This document shows positions 1 through 11,213 of a stretch of 64,000 nt of DNA, one piece after another. Under the pieces are notes generated by a model. The model worked only from the letters and a program-made list of their open reading frames with translations. It made no database searches and was not told where the DNA came from. The stretch spans positions 141,174,001 to 141,238,000 of the forward strand of contig OX597817.1 of assembly GCA_951406725.2 (NCBI GenBank), given 5' to 3'. Position 1 is the first letter of the stretch. Every line of letters begins with the position of its first letter. This DNA is from Octopus vulgaris. Its lineage: Eukaryota. The position numbers and the translations under genes were made by a program.

Positions 1-304
1 TTTTTTTTTTGCAATGTTACTTCTATCCCCACCGCACTTCCCCTTCATCTTCCTATTTCATTATACTGTTGTTCTCCAGTTCGCCTTTACGTATTATCTC
101 CTATCACTTCCTATTTTCCTTCACTTTCCCTACAAACTGAGGTGCATCACTGTCCATACCTCCTTTCATGTTCATCATTCACTACATTCACCTCTGACTT
201 CATTTCTATTGTCTGTCACCCTCACACTCCTCAACTTAACGACCGATCAAGCCACTCTCGGTCCGCTGTCCCTATTCTCTCTTATATTTACCATCTTTGT
301 ACCT

Positions 305-535
305 ATTTCTTTATTACCCACAAGGGGCTAAACATAGAGGGGACAAACAACCACAGACATAGGTATTAAGTTGATTACATCGACCCCATTGCGTAACTGG
401 TACTTAATTTATCGACCCTGAAAGGATGAAAGGCAAAGTCGACCTCGGCGGAATTTGAACTCACAACGTAACGGCAGCCGAAATACCGCTAAGCATTTTG
501 CCCGGCATGCTAACGTTTCTGCCAGCTCGCCGCCT
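305..535 (-). mobile_element. tRNA-derived SINE, family A (~230 nt, ends AAAGAAATA)
   Basis: A-box-like tggcagaaacgttag and B-box-like gagttcaaattcc. TSD taccatctttgtacct at 289-304 and 538-553. Other copies: 4108-4318(+), 36657-36873(+), 42240-42466(-), 46792-46988(-), 53491-53669(-), 59949-60157(-). Confidence 0.88.
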
Positions 536-892
536 TGTACCATCTTTGTACCTCGAGGATAAACCTTAACACCCCATCTTCACTATCTGTTCCCCTTTTC
601 TGTTGAAGTAACCATGCATCTCCTGTCGTTTCCTACATTAGCCTCTCAACACATGATAAAAAAAACACCCTCAATACTGCTCCCTCACTCATTTGAGAGG
701 ATCTTGTTTTGCGAGTTACTTGGTGATCTCTGTTGCTGGTACCACATGAAAAGCATCCAGTACACTCTGCAAAATGGTTGGAATTAGGAAGGACATCCAA
801 CATCAAAAACCTTGCTAAAGCAGACATTGGAAATCAACTCAGCCCTCTGACTAGTTGGATTCTGTCAAACCATTTAACCTGTGCTAGCACAG

Positions 893-1280
893 AATCATCA
901 TCATCATCATCATCGTTTAACGTCCGCTTTCTATGCTAGCATGGGTTGGACGGTTCAACCGGGGTCTGGGAAGCCAGGAGGCTGCACCAGGCCCAGTTTG
1001 ATCTGGCAGTGTTTCTACAGCTGGATGCCCTTCCTAACGCCAACCACTCTGTGAGTGTAGTGGGTGCTTTTTACGTGCCACCGGCGCAGGTGCCAGGGGA
1101 GGCTGGCAGTGGCCACAATCGGTTGGTGCTTTTTACGTGCCACCGGCACGGAGGCCAGTCCAGGCAGCGCTGGCAACAGCCACGTTTGGATAGCTCTTTT
1201 ACGTGCCACCGGCACTGGTATCACAACTACTATTTCCATTGATTTTTGATCAATTTTAATTTCACTTGCCTCAACAGGTC
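893..1280 (-). repeat. RTE 3' UTR fragment (SINE-like, (GAT)n tail)
   Basis: Homologous to 5755-6310. Further approximate copies: 2050-2463(+), 3325-3505(-), 13020-13347(+), 15175-15527(+), 20455-20870(+), 29390-29790(-), 33710-34092(+), 37895-38278(+), 38868-39230(+), 39965-40218(+), 41220-41412(+), 41863-42020(-), 43920-44143(-), 45280-45392(-), 45600-45737(+), 47200-47432(-), 50225-50522(-), 56575-56970(+), 58596-58920(-). Confidence 0.9.
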
Positions 1281-1934
1281 TTGATGATGATGTGTGAGTG
1301 TATGTGTGTGCATGTCCATATCTGGAGATTGCATGACGATCAGTAATAAGCATCATTTCTTTCCAATCTCCCATGAAAAAACAATTCTAACCACAGAGAA
1401 ATATAACCTTGCATGGGAACGTGTAGGTTGGTGACAGGAAGGGAACCCAACCCTAGAAAATCATCCACAACAAATTCCATTTCACTTGTGCAAGACATGC
1501 ACAAGTGGACATTAAATGATGATGATGATGATTGGCAGAATTGTTACAGCATCAGTAAAAATGCTTTGTGCTATCTTTTTTTTCGGTTCTCTACGTCCTA
1601 AGATGAAATCTCACTGAGGTCAACTTTTCCTTTCATTTCTTTTAGGTTGATAAAATAAAACTGCATCTTATCTAGGCTCTTTTCCTAATTAATTGATTTA
1701 TAACCCTTTCCGTAATGTACAAGACCTCCTCTGTAATTACACCTTTCTCCTTTACACTTGTAACAGTTGACTATAATGCTGCCACACCATTCATTGGATA
1801 TCACATCTTCCTGGTCTGCTTGGGGCTATAATAGCAGATGTGTTTCACCACCACACACCCCTACCTGTGGTGCTTATTTTCATTGTAAACTGATTTTTTA
1901 CATAAATTGACAATTTTATTTTTTTCTCTACTAG

Positions 1935-1984
1935 AACATGGGAAACAGTAAGTCGAGTTGTCAATGACAAAACTTCGGAACGAG
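1935..1984 (+). CDS. NUDT5: NUDT5-like ADP-sugar pyrophosphatase, internal exon (50 nt)
   Basis: Acceptor ctag and donor gtcagt. Encodes (R)TWETVSRVVNDKTSER, similar to the NUDT5 RTWESVKR segment, and is in phase with the next exon. Confidence 0.85.
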
Positions 1985-2906
1985 GTCAGTTGAGATAATT
2001 TTTTTTTATCCTTAAGCATGTCTTTTTCTTTTGAGATAGATTTAGCTTATTTACTGGCACTTGTGCCCGTGCTAGTAGGGTGTCAAGAGCACCATCCGAG
2101 CATGATTGTTGCCAGAGCAGCCAACTGGCTTCTGTGCCGGTGGCACGTAAAAGGGCACCATTCGAGTGTGATTGTTACCAACGTCGCCTTACTGGCACCT
2201 GTGCTGGTGGCATGTGTAAAAAGATTTGAGCGAGGTCGTTGCCAGTACCCCCTGACTGGCCCCCATGCTGGTGGCACGTTAAAAGCACCCACTACACTCT
2301 CGGAGTGGTTTGTGTTAGGAAGGGCATCCAACTGTAGAAACTCTGCCAAGTGAAGATTGGAGCCTGGTGCAGCCATCTGGTTTGCCAGCCCTCAGTCAAA
2401 ATCGTCCAACCCATGCTAGCATTGAAAGCGGACGTTAAACGATGATGATGATGATGATGATGATTCTGTGCTAGTCATTTTTGTTTCAGCCTATCATTTG
2501 TCACATTGTAGTTCAATGTATCTCAGGTTGCATCTGTGATTAGTTACATTATGTTACAGTCTATCAGTAGTCACTGTATTTCATTCCTACAATTAATCAC
2601 ATTCTTTCCTGAGCTCCAGATTGGTGGCAGTTTCTTGGGCAATTCTTCTGATACCCTCATTGCTTATTTAAGCTTACCCTTAGATCATTTTTGAAACCTT
2701 AAAATTGAGCGACCCAGTCTTTATAGGAAAATTACTCATTCAGACTTGAATGCTCCAAGTGTACGTATCCCATGGTTACCTTTGAATTATCTCACCACCA
2801 CCATATCTCTTTTCTTAGACTGAGGTAAAAAAAATTCTTTCTTTCTGTGTGCCCAAATATTGTGGAATGGTAAAAGTGTTGATGAAATGTAGATTATACA
2901 AATACA

Positions 2907-3325
2907 CTAGCAGTATAGCCCGGCTTTACTCGGGATTAAGTTAGGATTATTAAGCTAATCAAGTTCTTTATTTCAAACCAAACTAATTAACATCGATGTC
3001 AAATTTGAGCAAAATCCATTGAAATTCGTAAACTTTTGGCTGAAAATGAGTTGCAGACAACTTGATTGGGAAATCCCATAGAGAATCGGTTTATCGATTT
3101 TTTTCCACTCATCGATTTTTTTTTTTCGTTTTTGGAGAACTTAAAGCAGTCAAAGATCCCATGAGTCTTAAGTAATGCTGACATCAAGTTTGAACAAAAT
3201 ACATCAAAATTGATAAAAGTTATGTTTGAAAATGGGGTGTAGCCAATTTTATTGGGAAATGCTATAAGGAATAGGTTTATTGATTTTTTAAAATCCTGAT
3301 TAAATGGAAAACCCCATAAGGAAAC
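2907..3325 (-). mobile_element. probable Helitron 3' end of another family
   Basis: On the minus strand, a cccgagtaaagccggg hairpin followed by CTAG|T. The 5' extent is uncertain. Confidence 0.55.
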
Positions 3326-4489
3326 GCCAATCACTCCGTGAGTGTAGTTGGTGCTTTTTACGTGCCACCGCCATGGAGGCCAGTCGAGGCGGTGCTGGCA
3401 ACGGCCACATTCGGATGGTTCTTTTACATGCCACCGGCACTGGTATCACAACTACAATTTCCATTGATTTTTGATCAATTTCGATTTCACTTGCCTCAAC
3501 AGATCTTCGCAAGCCTGAAATTACTTAATGAGTAATTTCTCTCTCTTTTTGTCTGTCTGTCTCTCTGCTTGTAATCTTCTACCAAAAGGAGACTCATTCA
3601 TATAAATACCTTTTGTTTTGCTCCTCTCATATTTTAAATTACCTTCAGAAAGTGACCATCCATTGCCAAATACACTGTCACCACAAGCTTATATTTTTAG
3701 CAATGCCTGCTACCCCAAATTGTGTCTAATCCATATCAAAAACCACCTAATGCTTCTGCCTTTCACCCATCTGTGATTTCTACAGTGTCACCTCACCCCT
3801 ACACTAAGTTCTTATTAAACACTTTTTCTCGTTCTTCTACATAAACTGCCATCCCTCATAACTCTGTCCCAACCCAAAATTTCCTCACAAATTTTCGTCA
3901 TTTTATTGTTTACTTTTTCATTCTTGTGTAAGTCAAATGAGATGTTGGATTCCCTTCCTATCACCAGCATCCCCTTTGTTTCTGATATAGATGTTAAACT
4001 GGCCCTCTCTTCTTTGTGTTATCTGTTACAACCTAAATAGAATATCTTGAAATTCACTATAGTTCTTAAGGATCAAGTGCTGTGTACATAACTTCTTTGT
4101 TTGTGAGGTTAGCACGGCGGGCGAAATGCGTAGCCGTATTTCGTCTGCCGTTACGTTCTGAGCTCAAATTCCGCCGAGGTCGACTTTGCCTTTCATCCTT
4201 TCGGGGTCGATTAAATGAGTACCAGTTATGCACTGGGGTCGATATAATCGACTTAATCCCTTTGTCTGTCCTTCTTTGTCCCCTCTGTGATTAGCCCCTT
4301 GTGGGCAGTAAAGAAATAAGTTAAACCAAATATCTTCACTTATCTAGCATTCACTCGTGTTACATGATATTTTAATACCATCAAATCTCTCTACATCATC
4401 TTTTAATACCATCATATTTTAATTTTTAATATTTTAATACCATAATTTTAATATTTTAATACCATCAAATCTCTCTACATCATCTTCAG

Positions 4490-4597
4490 CTGTTTGTGTG
4501 ATTGCTGTTCTCAAGCGAACACTAAAGTTTGACAGCATTCTCTTAGTGAAACAGTATCGACCTCCACTTAGAACCTGTACCATTGAGTTTCCTGCTG
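4490..4597 (+). CDS. NUDT5: NUDT5-like internal exon (108 nt)
   Basis: cag/gtaagt boundaries. Encodes AVCVIAVLKRTLKFDSILLVKQYRPPLRTCTIEFPA(G), with the LVKQ(F/Y)RPP..IEFPAG motif of ADP-ribose pyrophosphatases. Confidence 0.95.
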
Positions 4598-4746
4598 GTA
4601 AGTGACACTTTTTTTTTTCTTTTTTCCTTCCATTAATATTTATATTTTCCTCAAAAATAAGCATGCAGTAGCCCAGTAATCCAGACTGAACAGGAACCCA
4701 GTAACCCAGACAGTACTAGTCTACTCCCCTTCCTCTCACCATATTT

Positions 4747-5331
4747 TGGCGTCCATGCTAGTGGGGTGCAAAGAGCACCATACGAGCGTGATCGTTGACA
4801 GAACGGCTAACCGGCTTCCGTGCCAGTGGCACGTAAAAAACACCATTTGAGCGTGATTGTTACCAGCCTCGCCTTACTGGCACCTGTGCCGGTGGCATGT
4901 GTAAAAGAGTCAAGTGTGATCGTTACCAGTGTCGCACTACTGGCACTCGAGCCCTGTGCTAGTAGGGTATTAAGAGCACCATCTGAGCGTGATCGTTGCC
5001 AGAGCGACAATCTGGCCTCCGTGCCGGTGGCACGTAAAAAGCACCATTCGAGAATGATCATTACCAGCATCGCCTCACTGGCACCCGTGCCGGTGGCATG
5101 TGTAAAAGATTCGAGCGAGGTCGTTGCCAGTACCGCCTGACTGGCCCCATGCCAGTGGCCTGTAAAAGCACCCACTACACTCTCGGAGTGGTTGGCATTA
5201 GGAAGGGCATCCAGCTGATGATCAAGATTGAAGCCTGGTACAGCCATCTGGTTCACCAGCCCTCAGTCATACATCCAACCCATGCTAGCATGGAAAGCGG
5301 ACATTAAATGATGATGATGATGATGATGATG
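4747..5331 (+). repeat. RTE 3' UTR fragment with about 7 tandem ~60-nt units
   Basis: Repeated gtgccggtggcacgtaaaaagcacc-type units, then ggaagggcatccagctg and a (GAT)n tail. Confidence 0.9.
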
Positions 5332-5754
5332 ATTCTGTTTTTAATTAATTTAGATTTATGAATTGTCTTACTTACTTATCATTATCAGAATTATGTCAAA
5401 GATAACAATTGTTTTTTTCTATCCTGATTAAACATAAAATTTTAATAGATTAAAATGTTGTGCCTCCCTACTTGAAATATATTAGTCTATCCTTAATAAA
5501 GTATGATATATTGGCAAGTACATGTGTCTTGTTATAGAGGAGTCACATGGTTAACCTGCATTTTATAAAAATGGGTGAGAGGAGCTGGAAAGAAGACAAT
5601 GATAATTCAGAACATGTCTCGCTCTCATTCAGTTTTGTCCTTGGATCTTAGGGTAAACTTACCCTAAACAAGAATTCCTCTGTCTGCTGGTTATATGATC
5701 CCTCTGATGGAAATTCTCTGATAATGGTAAAGTTATAGCAGAAACAAGTATTCT

Positions 5755-7424
5755 CATCATCATCATCATCATCATCATCGTTTAACGTCCGCTTTCCATG
5801 CTAGCATGGGTTGGACGGTTCAACTGGGGTCTGGGAAGCCCGAAGGCTGCACCAGGCCAGTCAGATGTGGCAGTGTTTCTACAGCTGGATGCCCTTCCTA
5901 ACGCCAACCACTCCGAGAGTGTAGTGGGTGATTTTATGTGCCACCGACACAGGTGCCAGACGAGGCTGGCAGACGGCCACGCTCGGATGGTGTTTTTTAT
6001 GTGCCACCGACACAGGTGCCAGACGAGGCTGGCAGACGGCCACGCTCGGATGGTGTTTTCTTATGTGTCACCGACACAGGTGCCAGACGAGGCTGGCGGA
6101 CGGCCACGCTCGGATGGTGTTTGTTACGTGCCCCCAGCACGGAGGCCAGTCATTGCGGTACTGGCTACGGTCACGTTCGGATGGTTTTCTTATGTGCCAC
6201 TGGCACTGGTACCACAAGGATACAAATTCCATTGATGTTCATCTATTTTGATTTGGTTCGATTTGATTCGATACGATTCGATTCTCACTTGCCTCAACAG
6301 GTCTTCACAAGTGTCACAAGAAGGAAGGTATGCACAGGTGGACTGACTACGTCCCAGGTAGGGGCCACGGATTATGGCTTCACTAGTCTTGCCGGGTCTT
6401 CTCACGCACAGCATACTTCCATAGGTCTCGGTCTCTAGTCATTTCCATGGTGAGACCTAACGTCCGAAGGTCGTGCTTCACCACCTCGTCCCAGGTTTTC
6501 CTGGGTCTACCTCTTCCACGGGTTCCCTCAACTGCTAGGGATTGGCACTTTCTCACACACCTATCTTCATCCATTCTCGCCACATGACCATACCAGCGCA
6601 ATCGTCTCTCTTGCACACAACAACTGATGCTTCTTAGGTACAACATTTCTCTCAAGGTACTAACGCTCTGTCGAGTAAGTACACTGACATTACACATCCA
6701 TCGGAGCATACTGGCTTCGTTCCTCACGAGCTTACGCATGTCCTCAGCAGTCACGGCCCATGTTTCACTGCCATGTAGCATAGCTGTTCGTACACATGCA
6801 TCATACAGTCTGCCTTTTACTCTGAGCGAGAGGCCTTTAGTCACCAGCAGAGGTAAGAGCTCCCTAAACTTTGCCCAGGCTATTCTTATTCTAGCAGTTA
6901 CACTTTCAGCGCACCCACCCCCACTACTGACTTGGTCACCTAGATAGCGGAAGCTATCAACTACTTCTAGTTTTTCCCCCGGAAAGTGACAGAAGTTGTT
7001 TTCTGCAGATTTTCGGAGGTCAATGCTCCAGAGCACCTGCCACATACAAAAACTATCTTCCCAGTTAGCCTACCTTTGACATTGCTGCACCTCTTATGTG
7101 TCCATAGCTTACACTGGGTACATCTTATAGAGTTTCTACCTACACCTTTTCTACAGATCGAGCAGGGCCATCTTCCTGAGGATATTTGTGGGTTTTCTAC
7201 CTTTCTACTTATTAGTACTTTGGTTTTAGCTAGGTTGACTCTAAGGCCCCTCGATTCTAAACCCTCCTTCCACACCTGGAACTTCTCCTCCAGTTCTGAT
7301 AGTGACTCAGCGATTAGAGCGAGGTCGTCAGCATAGAGGAGCTCCCAGGGGCAACCTGTCTTGAATTCCTCCGTTATTGCCTGGAGGACTATGATAAATA
7401 GGAGGGGGCTGAGTACTGAACCCT
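5755..7424 (-). mobile_element. 5'-truncated RTE-clade LINE: RT C-terminal part, PHD finger, 3' UTR with tandem units, (GAT)n tail
   Basis: Motifs ELLYADDLAL, LRVNLAKTKVL, VVDSFRYLG, MLHGSETWA, RLRWYGHV and RGRGRPRKTW. One frameshift near 6980. The ORF runs directly into the abundant (GAT)n-tailed repeat. Confidence 0.92.
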
Positions 7425-7867
7425 ATTTTAATATTTATTTTATATTTTAACTATATTTACAATTTATTGAAGAGATTTAAAAAAAATGTTAATTTCAAGG
7501 AGAGCACAACATATGAGGCCATGGTACAGCAGCTTTCCAGATAACTTATCCGTGGGACTGTCCATCACTGATATTGTCCAATATTCTCTGTTCTACCTTG
7601 ACCATGCATTCTGTATTTGATGGGATGTTGGTGCTATAGTGATGGCTGTGGTTTGTACTTCTGTCCTCGGCTACTCACAATCATCAGGTCACACTGCTAG
7701 GATGGTTCAGCTGTGTGATTAAGAAGTGTTTCCCAACCGTATGGTTTCAGGTTCAATCCCACTGTGTGGCACCTTGGGCAAGTCTTCCACAGCAGCCCTG
7801 GGTTGATCAAAGCCTTGTGAGTGGATCCAGTGGGTGGAAACTGAAAGGAACCCCTTATGTATGTAAA

Positions 7868-7869
<2 letters not shown>

Positions 7870-7921
<52 letters not shown>

Positions 7922-7938
7922 TGTGTGTGTGTGTGTGT
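7870..7938. repeat. (TG)n microsatellite within a CORE-type SINE
   Basis: Directly visible. Confidence 0.95.
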
Positions 7939-8113
7939 ACTTGTCTTGGCATCATATGATGGTTATAAACAACCATCATGCAAGCAATGTCCTTATTTCC
8001 AATCTGCCATAAAAATGTGTCCAACCATGAGGAAATGTTACCTTCCTAGAAACAGGAAGCTAACAAACAATGAGTAAAATTAATTGCTAATGTGACATTT
8101 TATTTATTTTCAG

Positions 8114-8209
8114 GGATGATCGATGTGAATGAAACAGCTGAAGTATCTGCCTGTCGCGAACTGAAAGAAGAGACTGGTTATGTGGGCATTGTGAAACATG
8201 TTTCACCAA
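8114..8209 (+). CDS. NUDT5: NUDT5-like exon carrying the Nudix box (96 nt)
   Basis: ttttcag/gtaagg boundaries. Encodes GMIDVNETAEVSACRELKEETGYVGIVKHVSP, an exact match to GX5EX7REUXEEXGU. Confidence 0.96.
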
Positions 8210-8258
8210 GTAAGGTTTCATTAGGATTTTATCTCTCTCTCTCTCTCTCTCTCTCTTC

Positions 8259-8890
8259 ATGTCATCATCATTGTTTAACGTCTGCTTTCCATGCTAGCAT
8301 GGGTTGGACGAATTTGACTGAGGGCTGGCGAACCAGATGGCTGCACCAGGCTTCAATCTTGATCTGGTAGAGTTTCTACAGCTGGATGCCCTTCCTAATG
8401 CCAACCACTCCGAGAGTAGTGGGTGCTTTTACGTGCGGTGGCACTTAAAAGGCACAATTCGAGTGTGATCGTTACCAGTGTCGCATTACTGGCACTCGAG
8501 CCCCGTGCTAGTAGGGTATTAAGAGCACCATCCGAGTGTGATCGTTGCCAGAGCAGCTATCTGGCCTCCGTGGTGGCAATGGCAATGATCTCGCTCGAAT
8601 CTTTTATGCATGCCACTGGTAACGATCATGCTCGAATGGTGTCTTTTCCGTGCCACCAGCATGGAGGCCAGATAGCCGCTCTGGCAATGATCACACTCGG
8701 ATGGTGCTCTTAATACCCTACTAGCACGGGGCTCGAGTGCCAGTAATGCAACGCTGGTAACGATCACACTCGAATGGTGCCTTTTAAGTGCCACCGGCAC
8801 GAAAGCCGGTTAGCCGCTCTGTCAATGATCACACTCGTATGGTGCTCTTTGCACCTTGCTAGCATGGAAGCCAGTCATCGAATTTGATTT
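8259..8890 (-). repeat. RTE 3' UTR fragment with internal inverted duplication
   Basis: 8436-8572 is the reverse complement of 8660-8796. Confidence 0.88.
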
Positions 8891-9254
8891 TGATTTTTGA
8901 TTTTTGATGTAACATCCAATTTCCATGCTGGCATAGGTTAGATGGATCGACGGGTCCAGTGGGTTCAAAGACTGTGCCAAGCTTAAGTGTCTGCTTTGGA
9001 ATGGATTTTATGGCTGGATGCTCTTACGAATGCCAACCATTTTACAATGTGTACTGGTTGCTTTTTTTATGATGTAATAGAGGTGGGGCAGTTTTATGTT
9101 TGGTGAGCATAAGAGAAAATATGGACTGAAGATAGGGCAAGATGTATGAACAAGTTTTATAAGAGTGTGATAAAAGAATGACTGATGGTTAGATATGGGT
9201 GGAAAGATGAATAGAACAAGAATGAAGAGGTGGCCGATGGTAAATATCAGTATG

Positions 9255-9451
9255 GGGCGAGCTGGCAGAATCGTTAGTATGCCGGGCGAAATGCTTAGCG
9301 GTATTTCGTCTGCTGCTACGTTCTGAGTTCAAATTCCGCCGAGGTTGACTTTGCCTTTCATCCTTTCGGGGTCGATGTAATCGACTTAATACCTTTGTCT
9401 GTCCTTGTTTGTCCCCTCTATGTTTAGCCCCTTGTGGGTAATAAAGAAATA
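9255..9451 (+). mobile_element. tRNA-derived SINE, family A
   Basis: TSD ggtaaatatcagtatggg on both sides. Confidence 0.88.
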
Positions 9452-9589
9452 GGTAAATATCAGTATGGGTGGGTGGGTGGGAACAGGGAGTAAATGACAG
9501 AGTTGGGAGAAGTTGGAGTTTTGTAGAGAGAGGTTTTCCATGGATTACATTGCAATTTTGTTGATAGAATAAACAAGAATAGCACATAT

Positions 9590-9820
9590 TTTTCTTTACT
9601 GCCCACAAGGGGCTAAACACAGAGGGGACAAACAAGGACAGACAAACGGATTAAATCGATTACATCGATCCCAGTGTGAAACTGGTACTTTGTTTATCGA
9701 CCCCGAAAGGATGAAAGGCAAAGTCGACCTTGGCGGAATTTGAACTCAGAACGTAACGACAGACGAAATACTGCTAAGCATTTCACCTGGCATGCTAACG
9801 ATTCTGCCAGCTCACCGCCT
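9590..9820 (-). mobile_element. tRNA-derived SINE, family A
   Basis: TSD aagaatagca(c/t)atatt on both sides. Confidence 0.88.
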
Positions 9821-10146
9821 TTTAAATTAAAAAGAATAGCATATATTTATTGGAAATTTGTTTTATTTAATTTTATTTTAAGTTGATATTTCTGTATTTT
9901 TTTAAAAAAAGTCACCTTCATATTATCATTTCTGCAAAAGCAGCAAAAAATTGAATAAAAATTTCAGTTATAATTATTGTATGTAAGCAAAAGTTTACTT
10001 GATGGTAAATGTATTCTTCTAAAATTGCTTGTCATATGATGAATGTGTGTGTGTTTGTGTGTGTGTGTCTGATATATGTATGTATATGTCTATATCTACA
10101 TCTATGTAGCAACTACTAAATGGTTCTCTTTCTTGTTTCTCCACAG

Positions 10147-10202
10147 CAACTTGTCTTGATCCTGGAGTTGGCAACAATTTGGTAACATTGGCTACTGTTG
10201 AA
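10147..10202 (+). CDS. NUDT5: NUDT5-like internal exon (56 nt)
   Basis: ccacag/gtaaga boundaries. Encodes TTCLDPGVGNNLVTLATVE (compare NUDT5 CMDPGLSN); phase is consistent. Confidence 0.92.
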
Positions 10203-10862
10203 GTAAGACATCAATTTTATTACAAATTGTTTTCAGTTTTTCATATTAAATTATTTATAAATTTCTCAGACCAAACAAATTCCATTCTTTGACAATTCTG
10301 AGCTGAAAAGCTTTCACCAAAACTCATGATGTCTTGCACCTTATGGGTTCACCCAGACACTTCATTATGGCTATTTTTATCTCTTCCCAGCTCCAACTCC
10401 ATTGTCCCCACCCTATCTTTTAAGGTATTAGTAGCTATGTAGCTCCTTTACCTGTTCTCCTCTGGACCCTTCTCTTATATTTCAATCCCACATCTAGCAA
10501 AAAACTGCATCTCTCTGTGTTCATGGTCTTGCAAATTACAAGGTAACTTCATTAGTGCTGGTGCCATGACAAGATGTTCCCAGTACACCCTCTAAAATAG
10601 TTGGTGTTACAAAGAGCATCCAGCTGTAGAAACTATGTCCAAGCAGAGACTGAAGCTGGTGCAGTCTTTGAACCTGTTGGAAACTGTCAAACCATTCAAC
10701 CCATACCAGCATCAATGATTCAACTTAACATAAAGAGGGGCAAAAGCCTATTGGATATTATATTCTTCTGGTACATGTGTGTATTTGTGTCTTGTAGACA
10801 GATGTATTGCATTTTGGATGACCTAGTGTTTACACATTCCGTTTGTTTATTTTTTTCCTCAG

Positions 10863-10908
10863 ATTGATGGAGATGACCCCAGCAATCAATCACCCAAGCC
10901 AGAGCTGG
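10863..10908 (+). CDS. NUDT5: NUDT5-like internal exon (46 nt)
   Basis: cctcag/gtaagt boundaries. Encodes IDGDDPSNQSPKPEL (compare NUDT5 INGDDAENARPKPKP). Confidence 0.92.
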
Positions 10909-11179
10909 GTAAGTTTACTAATTTAATTCCAAACTAATCCAAAGTTGTTTGTTTTACATCCCTTGATTGTTTTTATTATTGGGGAGCAGCAGAATTGTTA
11001 GAGTGTTGGGGAAAATACCTTGCAGTAGTTCTTGTGGCTTTTACACTCTGAGTTCAAACCTTACAAAGTCACCTTTGCCTTTCATTATTTCAGGGCCAAT
11101 AAAATAAGTATTGTGGGTTAATGCTCTCAGCTAAACCCTTCCACTCAAAAATCACTGGATTTGTGCCTAAATCAGAAAC

Positions 11180-11212
<33 letters not shown>

Positions 11213-11213
<1 letters not shown>

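Noticed and set aside
305-535. Possible tRNA genes at SINE heads
   Set aside because: Only A/B-box-like motifs are present, with no full cloverleaf, and they are embedded in repeats with TSDs.
946-1242. Recurrent ORFs of the type FLQLDALPNANHSESVVGAF or LFTCHRH
   Set aside because: These are antisense or alternate-frame reads through the non-coding RTE 3' UTR. Frames are not conserved between copies.
4747-5331. CRISPR-like appearance (conserved repeats with variable inserts)
   Set aside because: The context is eukaryotic with no cas genes. The variable parts are 6-12-nt loops that recur across copies, and the array is part of a LINE 3' UTR.
7715-8077. ORFs with CV/HT or poly-Ile runs (also 11090-11345)
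   Set aside because: They are translations of (TG)n and (ATT)n microsatellites.
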